From Prorocentrum cordatum (lineage: Eukaryota), in contig CAUYUJ010000005.1 in the NCBI GenBank assembly GCA_963575745.1, forward strand, positions 62,001 to 119,666: a DNA stretch of 57,666 bases, in the 5' to 3' direction. The notes under the pieces were generated by a model that worked only from the letters and a program-made list of their open reading frames with translations, did no database searches and was not told the origin of the DNA. The position numbers and the translations under genes are program-made. Positions 1 to 9,600 of the stretch are shown one piece after another. The first letter of the stretch is position 1, and every line of letters begins with the position of its first letter.

Positions 1-1190
1 CAGTTGCCTCGTCGAAGAACACCTTCTGACAGCGAACGTGTTCATTGACAGGGAGCGGTCGGTGGCGCTCCCGTTTGGATTATGAGTTTGGATTTATCGA
101 AGGCTTTTGATCGCGTTGATCGGGCCGCCTTGTGGCCCGCTTTACGCGAGCACGGGGTGTCAGATCATCTCGTCTGGATATTGCAAATATTGCGTGACAA
201 CCAAACCGGGCAGGTTAAATGGAGCTCTCGACGCAGTGCGCTTTTCGACATTTAGCTGGAGTCGGACAGGGGTGTGTTCTCAGCCCGCGCGTGTTCTGTT
301 GCAGGCTGGAATGGGCTATGGCACGGTGGCGGCAGAAGTCCGGGACTGCAGGGCTTGATCTACGAGATGGGCTACGTGGTCTGTTGGATTTGCGTTTTGC
401 GGACGATGTGGTACCCTTAGCGAAATCGCAAAGAGAGGCTGCCGTCCTGCTTTCGTCACTCACGGAAGAGTTCGCAGCCGTTGGCTTGCAGTTGAAGGGT
501 GACAAGACGTTTGCGCTAACGACCGAAATCCAACCACCACAACGGTTATTGCTTCCTTCCGCTTTGGCTATAAAGTGTGTGGATGCCCACAAATGGTTGG
601 GGTGCATATTGTCGACAGACACGATAAAGCACGATATGGAATACCATCGTCAAGCTGCTACCAAAACCTTCTAGGCAAATCGATGGGCACTGGCCGATCA
701 GCACGTCCATGTTGCAGCCTCGTTTGGAATATTTCAATGCCGTTGTCACTCCGATCGCCTTATTCGCTTCTGCGCACCGCGTTATCTACATTTCCGGCAG
801 GAGATGATACTGCTTGCCGGAAACTGCTCAGACAAATCGTCGGGCCGCCGAAGAATCCATTGGGCGAGGCCGTGGCATGATATTTCACAGGATTGGCATG
901 AACGTGTATGCGATAAATTAGATGCTCAGAACAACTTGTGGTCTTATGTAGTATACCGCCAATATTGGAGTTTTGCCGGGTATGTCGCACATCTTCCTGC
1001 TTACCTATCACGTTCTGTGAATTGGTCCCCTCTGGGGAGGAAGTCCCAAGGACGACCGCGCAAATCTTGGGAATCCGATGCGCAATTCTTCTGTAAAACA
1101 TTCGGGATCGGCAACTGGAGAGATGCTGCCAAAGATGCATGCGCCTGGTCGCGCATGGCAGGGGGTTTGTTGGATTACGCGAGTGCTTAG
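1..1190 (+). pseudogene. Decayed LINE (RTE-like) reverse transcriptase 3' half
   Basis: RT motifs in shifting frames: SLDLSKAFDRV (~85-117), GVGQGCVLSPRVF, LRFADDVV, HKWLGCIL; C-terminal GRPRKSW; stop at 1190; frameshifts. Confidence 0.85.
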
Positions 1191-2202
1191 CTTTGTGCCC
1201 AAGCTCCCCCCCTCCCCCTCCTCCTCCTCCTCCTCCTCCTCGTCCTCGTCTTCCTCTTCCATTTCATATGATCGATTTTTTTGTTTGCGCATGGCCGGAT
1301 GTGTATCTTAATGCTCGAGGCCCGCAGGCCGCTCCCACCGGAGCTGGCACGCAAGCTATAATTGTAGCTGTTCCCCGCCTGCGCCCTCAGTGGCCTCCTC
1401 CCTTCGCGGGCATGCAGGCCTGACCTGACCTGGCCTTCTTTTCGAGTTCCGCGATGCAGCAGTGTGTGCAGCCTTTCGGCCCGAGGTACCCTGCGCGCGG
1501 CGCGCGCCCCCGCTTCTGTGGGCATTGTCTCGGGACTTGTGGGCGTTTTGGGACCTGTTTGGGAACCCAATGGGGCCTCGTGGAGGCGGAGGGGGAAGAG
1601 GAGGAGGTGGAGGAGGTGGCGGAGGGAAAGGAGGAAAAGGAGGAGGAAGAGGAGGAGGAGGAGGAGGAGGAGGAGGAGGAACCTCGTCGTGGCTTCGTCT
1701 TGCAGGCGGCCTCCTGGGCCTGCTGGCCGCGGCTACGGTTGCCCCGCTGCTCCGGCGGCGCCAGGCGCGAGGCGCGGGCCGCCGCTCGGGTTGCCCTCCG
1801 GGCGCTGCGGGGGCCATGCCGCGTGGTGAGTCGGTGGGTTTCGGGGCTCACCGCACGGGCTCCGTCGCGCTCTTGAGAAAAAGTGCGGTGAAAGGTTTTT
1901 TGCTGTTTTTGCCTTTTGGGCCCTCGCTGGGCGTCGGGACCGTCAAAAAACTGGTTCGGGATGCAAAATTGGTCCCGGTGAGTGGATCGTCAGTTTGGGG
2001 GGTCGACATTCCAGAAAAAAACATGACGTCAGGGGCCTTGGTCTCTCCGATGACGTCTTTGGCGACCCGGAGCGTCCGAGGTCCCAAGGCCGCGCGGTGA
2101 CGAACCGCGCGGTGAGATCGATGGGATTCCGTTGTCCCCACGCGGCCTGTTACCGCACGGTTTCGGGGCTCCGAAACAATAGCCTGCAAGCGTTGTCGTC
2201 AT

Positions 2203-2242
<40 letters not shown>

Positions 2243-2251
2243 GTCCGTCGT

Positions 2252-2288
<37 letters not shown>

Positions 2289-2479
2289 GCCCTCGCCGCC
2301 GCCGCCGCCGCCATCGTCTTCGGAGTCTCCCGAGTCGGGGTCGGGGTCGAAGACAGGAGGAGGAGGAGGAGGAGGAGGAGGAGGAGGAGGAGGAGGAGGA
2401 GGAGGAGGAGGAGGAGGAGGAGGAGGAGGAGTCAGGAGTCAGGAGTCAGGAGCATCGAGGATCCGTCCGACGGGCGAAC

Positions 2480-3195
2480 AAGCCACGGCGACAGGACGAC
2501 CTCGTCGCCACCCACACGCCTGCCCGCAGGGGGAGCGTGGGAGACGACGGGACCGTCCAGGGCGCGGCTCCCGAGGGCCGCGGCCGCGCGGCTCCCAAGG
2601 GCCGCGACGGACCTCTGATGAGGTCGACGTGGACGCCCTCCGCGACGGGGCCGCCGCCGAGGACGAAGCGGGGCGCGCCGAAGCCGAACCCCACGATGCA
2701 CGAGGGGGCGGGGAGACGGCTCCCGACCGCGAGCGGTCAAGGGCCCATCCGCCTCCCCGGGCCGCCCCCCCGTGCGGCTTTGGATTGGTGGACCCCAAAC
2801 GTGGTGGTGAGAACACCCGGTGGTGAGTTTTGGGCGATTTGGGTAATGGTTTTCGAGCGCTGGCTGGCCCAGGACACGCAAAACCTCGTGGCGACCGCGT
2901 GCCCCCAAACCCGGTGGGGACCCAGAATTATCTCTTTGGGGAATCGGGGTCACCACCGGGTGTCTCACCACCTGGTTTGGAGACCACCAATTGGAACGCG
3001 AGCTGGCGGCGCGCGACAGCGCGCCCCGCTCCCGCGCCATGCGGGCGAGGTCCGCCACGGCCTCCATCAGGTTCGCGCGGTCGCTCGGCGGCTCGGTCGT
3101 CGCCGCGCGCACGAGGCCGCAGGCGCGCGGGAGCTCGCCGAAGCGCGCGCGGAGCTCCGCGAGCTGCGCCTCCGACCAGGCCGCGGGCCTTCGGC
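2480..3195 (-). CDS. Possible exons of an unidentified minus-strand gene
   Basis: GC3-rich, host-like codon runs between repeats: EAQLAELRARFGELPRACGLVRAATTEPPSDRANLMEAVADLARMARE (~3000-3190) and RFVLGGGPVAEGVHVDLIR (~2612-2672). No domain recognised and splice sites not resolved. Confidence 0.3.
2779..2996. mobile_element. MITE with ~45-bp imperfect TIRs
   Basis: Left arm attggtggaccccaaacgtggtggtgagaacacccggtggtg; reverse complement of right arm attggtggtctccaaaccaggtggtgagacacccggtggtg. Confidence 0.7.
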
Positions 3196-3237
3196 GGGCC
3201 TGGGCTTGGGCGGCTTCCACCCGAGGTGTGCGCTGCA

Positions 3238-3404
3238 TCACCACCCACCAAACCACCCCAACCCAACCCGAAGGTCTCGATTTGACCTCCATTTCCAGTT
3301 GGGGGGGGTCGGGGAACCTCGAGAAAACACATATGGAACCCGTACCCCCCCCAACCCGAAATTCGGGTCTTCGGGTTGGGTTGGGGTGGTCTGGTAGGTA
3401 GTCA
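3238..3404. mobile_element. MITE family A copy 1
   Basis: TIR ccaccccaacccaacccgaag...cttcgggttgggttggggtgg; flanks ctgca/ttgca; homologous to 15633-15799 and 29770-30012. Confidence 0.85.
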
Positions 3405-4699
3405 TTGCAGCTGCCTGAAACTCGCCAGTTTCGTTTGCTGGATCTTGTGCTCTTCGAAGTCTGACCCTGGGTCTCTCCTCGCGTTCCCAAGGCTGGGCCC
3501 GCTGGTGGTCCGTGCTGGGCATGAGCTTCTCGCGTGGGCTACGTCTGTTTGGGAATCGGTCTCGACTTCTCAGGTTTGGGCCAGCGCCGCGCAGAGCTCC
3601 ATTGCTAAGTTTGCGAATTCATCGCGCCCGGGGAGATCGGCATCTTCGCCGAGCGACGTGGCGTTGCTCGCTCTGCGAGGGCGAAGCTGAGATTCTCGCG
3701 ATCGGCGCCGCATCTCAGCGAGCTTGGCTTCGACTGCAGGTTGCTGCAGCTCTCCCCGGTGCAGGTCGGGACTTTCGTCGGGCCGCGGGCGGTCGGGGCC
3801 TCGGACAGGTGCGCCCTTCATTCTTGGAACCGATTCGAAGGGCCTCCGACGTAGTGCACCCGATCTCCCGGGGCGGGGTCGCCAGGATTCTTTGGGGGGA
3901 TACGCAGGGGAAGAACAGGCGCCGCCAGCGGCGTCTTCGAGGTTTAGTCTCAGGGGCCCATTGGCCGCGATCTCGTCTTCTGGGCGCAACCCTCAGGAGG
4001 CGGATGAGTGCCGGCTGTGCCGAGGAGCCCCGGGCGCGCTATGGCGTCGCCTGGGCGAGTGACCCGCCCGCGCAGTGCTTCGACGGGATCTCGCTCGCTA
4101 GTGCGCGTCTCTGCTCGCGCGCGCAGAAAGTGCAGGAGCGCTGCTGCTTGGTGGCCGATCGTGCCGCGAGATGTTGCATCTCTCCTCGTCCTCGGAGCCT
4201 CTGTGAGATCGGGGGGCCCGCGCTGACCTTGCATTCGCATCGGGGGCTCCAGCCGGGCTTCTTCTCGGGGCTGCTCCATTGGGATGGCTCGTCGAAGCAT
4301 GTGGGCCTCGACGGGCTCGCGAGGGCAGGCTGGGGCACTGCGCCGGTCGACCGTTTCGGTCAGCTGACCGGTGCTGCTTGCGGACCTGTTCTTCTGACGC
4401 TGGTCGGCTTCCAGAGACAGACAGACAGACGCCATGCACAACATAGGTGCGTTGGCAGAAGATGTGAGACATATACTAGCCAATTAGGTGAAACGGCAAG
4501 CGCGCTAAGCATAGGAGGAGGAGAAGGAGGAGGAGGAGGAGGAGGAGGTGGAGGAGGAGGAGGAGGAGGAGGAGGAGGAGGAGGAGGGGGGGGAGGAGGA
4601 GGCTGGCCGGCTTCCCTCCTGTTCAAGTGTGCACGGGCTGCCAGGGCGCTCTGGACTCGTTGGGCTCGCGGGCCTGGGTGCCCCGGGGGCCCTCGGGCG

Positions 4700-4885
4700 C
4701 CTGGGGGGCACTCGTGGGGGCCCGCGCGGAGCTTTCGATTCGTGGGCACTCGAGTGGGGGCACGCGCGGGCTTGCGATTCGTGGGCACTCGAGGGCATTC
4801 GGAGCTTTCGATTCGTGGAGCTTTTGATTCGTGGGCACTCGTGGGGCCCGCGGGCACGCGTGGGCACTCGTGGGGGCACTCGCTC
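4700..4885. repeat. Minisatellite of ttcgattcgtgggcactcg-type units
   Basis: Repeated gggcactcg and gattcgtgg motifs. Confidence 0.7.
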
Positions 4886-6674
4886 CCGGCGACTTCGAGT
4901 GGTTCCAGACTCTCGGCCACGCGTCTGTCGCCGACGTTGGCGCTGGCAGGAGCGCTGGGCGGGGGCGACGCGCCAATAGGCATGCCGTCAGGTTTGCGAA
5001 GCTCGGCGCTGAGTGTCGCGGCGCAAGCGACGAGGAAGCCTACCTGTGCAGAGTTCTTCGGTGTCTCGCCCCTGAGGCGTGGGGATGGGCTGGGGGTCTG
5101 GAGGTAGCGATGTCTGGAGGCCCTCGCGACACCGCGGGATCGTCGTCAGGGGAGTGATTGCCGCGGGCAGCAGCCCAGTGAGTGCGACGCTGCGCAAGGC
5201 CAAGCGTCTGCCGACGATCAACAGGAGGGGGGAGGGTCGTCGGGCTTTGGGGAGGAGTGCATGCGGTTCACTCGGCAGGCCAGGCAGCCCCGTCTTCGAT
5301 CGGCTCGGGACCCAGAGAAGCAAGATCCAGTTTCGCTGTCGATGTGGTTCCTTTTTCTCGGGCGCGGCGAATGCTGGTGTTAAAGGGCCGTGCTGGCCTC
5401 AGTCTTCCACTGGCGGGATCAATGATCACTTGAAAAGGATCTGGCTGAAAAAGTCCCTGGTTCATGCGAAAAACTTGAAGGACATGGCCCTCCATGCGGG
5501 CCTGCTGCAGCGCCGCCCTCTGTTCCACGCTTCGGTCATTCAAAATCGTGATCCCGCTGCAGCGGTGGCCTCATTCCCGCGCCCCCGGTTATTTTAAGCG
5601 TGTTTCCGCAACAGCACTGGCGTAGTCGATCCTTCAAGTAGCGCTGTCAATGTAGCGCTGGCCTCGTTCCAGTGCTGCGGTCCTTCCAAATCGTGCTCCC
5701 CCTGCTGCTGTGGCTTCGTTCCCGTTTTCGGTCCTCCCCTCGTCCCCGCGCTCCAGCCCTTCTAACTCGTGCTCAGCGCTGGTCCATTTCCGACAGTGCG
5801 CATATGTGGGAGATCTACGCCATGGTAAGGGATGGGGGGGAGGGGTAGGACGTCAAATGTGACGCTAGCGCGCCTAGTTTGCCTCCCACCCCCTCTCCTC
5901 TCCCCAACGGCCTCCCTCCTCCCTCCTCTCTCCCCCTTGCGGTCCCTCCGGCAGTGGAGGGAGCCCAGACGGCGTTGTGGAGCTGAACGTTTCCCCCTGC
6001 CGAGTGGATCCGGTCCGCTCTCCCCCCTCCGCCCTCCCGCCTTGGCCTCCTCCCCCGCCCTCCCCTCGAACCTGCCAGCCGAGCGGGCGTCCCGCGTCGC
6101 GGCGGGCTCGGGCGTGCTCGGCAGCCCTCCGCCGTGGCCGCGCCCTGCCCGTCTGCCCCCCCTCCACCCTCCTTCCCCTCCCACGTGGGGGCGGCTTTCG
6201 TGGGAAGGCAGGGGTAAGCCGCCCGAGACTCGAGTTACGGCACGAAGTCCCAACAAGAAGAATCAATGGGCAGGATACCCCCAATCGCCCATTCATCGCC
6301 GTTAGAGGCCCGCTGTCCCCCGCCCCAGGAACGTGCGGAACGTGCAAGGCCTATTGCCGATTTCTCGGCGATGTACCGCCGATTCCAGTTCGATGCTCCC
6401 CCCCGTGAGCCAGTCGCCCCCCCTGAAGTTCGCCCTCCTCCTCCTCCCCCTCTCCCCTCCCCCCCTCCTCCTCCTCCTTCTCCTCCCGCTCCTCCTCCCC
6501 CTCCAAGGCCACGGACTGCTCAGGCCCGCAGCCACATGCGGCCTTCGCATCCGATGGCCTCCCCCGACCGCGAGCCGCCAGGCCCGCTTGGGGGAGGAGC
6601 AGGGGCCCAGCGCGCTGCTGGCGGCGGCGCTGCGCTCCGCTAGGGGCGGGGCGTGCTGGCAGCGGGCAGCCGGG

Positions 6675-9600
6675 ATGGAGGGAGGAGGAGGCAGCAGCAG
6701 CAGCAGCGACGGACCAGGCTGCAGCACAGGAAGGGCAAGGGCGAGGACGAGTGAGACGACGGGCACCACGGGTACGGGGACGGCTGGGCCATGTGGAACA
6801 TCACCATCACCAACACCATCATCATGGCTTGTGCACGCCTCCTTCGTAGGGTACAACGCTTACACGTTGATGCGTACAGGTCGTACGGAGAGCCTGGGAC
6901 TTGAATTTGCTAGAGCATCGGCGATCTTCGTTCCTGGAACAAAAATCCCTATGGAGCTCAACCAGCAGCACCACTATGAGCGTACCCCCGAGTTCCACTG
7001 GATACACTGGGGGTGGGGACGTGGGTCAAACACGAATGCGTCGGCGGGCGTCTCTATTGCGGTCTCGGCAAAGTTATACCAGCCCCGACATATTATTCGT
7101 ATAACATACCCACCACCACACCTTCAGGGGCGAGCGGGTTGTGTAGATATCGAGAGAGGTCCCCAGAGATTTCGTCTTATCGTGGGATACTACCCGCCTC
7201 GATGTTCATCAGCACGCCGCGCCCCCTGCTGGCGGGCGACATGCAAGCAACTTACCTCGTGGATCAAACAGCAGGCCGACAGCGTCCCAGCACGTGTATT
7301 GCCAATCATTTTCGCCGATCTGAATCTTAAGATGGGTAAGAAAGGCACCGAGCTTATTGATGATCACACCGTTGGACCCCATCAGGCCGGCCACGAGGAT
7401 GAGATGTCCACTTTTGTCCGCAGGCAGTTTGAAGAGAGCCACTTGACCTTCCTGAACACACATCATGATCTCGGACCTAGTTACTATGGCCTTAACGGAG
7501 CTCGTAGTCGTATTGATTACTTCTTAGGCCCGAGGGCCCTTCTGCAGATTGGGGTACGTATGCGAATGTTCTGGAATTCTCAGCGTCGGCTGCAGGCTCT
7601 CCCGCACATGATAGATCACGTACCCATGTACTTCCAGTTTCGTGTACCAGCACCAACACCGCACCAGCAGCAGCAGCGATGTGCATGGGACTGGGGAGGG
7701 CTAGCAGCAGCACTGCAGAACGGGTATCGGAGGGAGGAGTTCATGAGTCAGATTTGCCAGGCCTGGACAGCATACCGCCCCTTGTGTCGAGCTCTCACCA
7801 TGGACGAGGAACCTACTCGACACGCGGGGGTGGTCACCCAGATCATCCGACAGGCTGCTGTGACAGTATTCTCGGCAGAGAGATCGACGCCCGCGTGGGT
7901 CACCGAGGCGAAGGAGGAGAGGAGGAGGTTACTTCGACAGCGGGCCGAACTGCGAGACCTTGGGTTCGAACTCTCGGGCGGTCTCCTCCGGCGTCTCGAT
8001 CACCAGCTTCGATCGCATCGACGATGGCAGGAGAGGTGGAGGAGGGAGTCGCTCGAACAGGAGATCAGGGAGGCGTGGGCGGTTCGTGACCAGGCTCGGG
8101 TGGGATACCTCATCAGGCTTCGGGCGGGCACCAACATGGGACCTCGGAAGAGATGCTATCTGGCCCTCCCGACGAGTCGCCCCAGCGCCGAGGACTTCAG
8201 GAAGGCGATGAGCCTACCAGCTGTCGAGGGGGGTCTGACGACGACAAACGCGCACATGAGCAAATACATGACCTCTGAGGCCGTTCAGAAGCTCCTGGAT
8301 ACCCCCCTCGAGGACCTCCCTGCCTACGGACCCCGACTCGCCCTCCCGACCATTGAGGACCACGAGAGGGCTGCAGAGGACCTAGAGCTCGTCAAGAAAA
8401 GGATCCTTCACAGCACCCATCGTAGATATGCACCTCCGTGGTCGTGGCCTGTCGAGATATCTAAGTTGCTGCTATTTCCCGCCCTTCTGTTCCGCCCAGG
8501 GTACTCCCAGGAAGGCATAGGTTCCACGTGGAGACGACATGATCCCGACCTTCTGGATTTCGAGGCACTGGCGGCCACGACCCGCGTCCGGAGGACGATC
8601 AACATTGACTCAGAGCACGCGCAGGTGGGTCACGACATGTTCGTACAGTTGTTGGCACACATACGAGCACGAGCACTTCTACCCCAGCACGCCCGGGTCA
8701 GTCATGCTATCGCCATCGGCAAGCCAGGCAAAACCCCGACGGGAAACGACGTCACTGACATTACAAAATGCTTGCGTATACTGCATTGTTTCTGTCATTG
8801 GTGGCGAGTACTGTTACGTGTCGGGCTAGTAGATTTCGGCAGTCGGTTTGACCCCCCTCCCTGGGCATACGGCGGCATCATCCATAGGCGGAGGGAGGGA
8901 CTCATGACCATCATCAAACTCATCATGTGGAAACTTCGACGGTGTCATCATTATTATCTGGTCAAGTCGTATGATATGCGCAACGCCTTTGGCACGGGCA
9001 TGCACGAGCGCTTGTTCAACGCACACAGGTCACGGGGAGTTGACGAATACTATGGCGAGTTACTCACGCACCACAGGAGCACGGGCATGTTATATTATCA
9101 AGCACGTGATGGTGACGTCAGTTTACATCCCACGACGGGGGGCAGAATGGGAGACTCTAACGAGCCTGAGCTATTCATGGATGCATTCTACCCTCTTGTT
9201 AGTATGTGGCAGCGAGAGTTGAACACGATAATCGGCGACGATTTGCTATGCCATGACCCCTTACACGAACCGGGAGATCACGTAGGTGACACATCTGATC
9301 CCAGCGGTACAGATATTGATGCCTCGTTCGGCGGATTTATCGACGACTTGATTCGTGTGATCATCGTTCCCACGGGCACGGTGCAGGAGGCGTTGCAACT
9401 AGATTACTTGGACAATCGCATCCTAGATAAGCGACTTCAGGAGGGCGGGTACGCCCAACACGTCGACAAACAGGAAACCCTCGTTCATCTGGCCACGGCT
9501 AAGGACACGAAGGAAGCCGAGGCACGGATCTCAGGAAAAGCCATGACCAACCTTATCCACTTGGGCGGGTTCATCCACGTTCAGGGCAGTAACAGAAGAG

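Noticed and set aside
3512..5107. 531-aa ORF and many similar GC-rich ORFs
   Set aside because: They cross microsatellites and minisatellites, show no domain or codon bias, and are expected by chance at this GC content
6160..6600. HDV-like ribozyme near the LINE 5' end
   Set aside because: Hairpins exist, but I could not build the nested P1/P2/P3 pseudoknot
6333..6674. Annotated N-terminus of the 1952-aa ORF
   Set aside because: Non-ATG start lying outside the candidate TSD and crossing the host C/T tract; 6675 is the more plausible start
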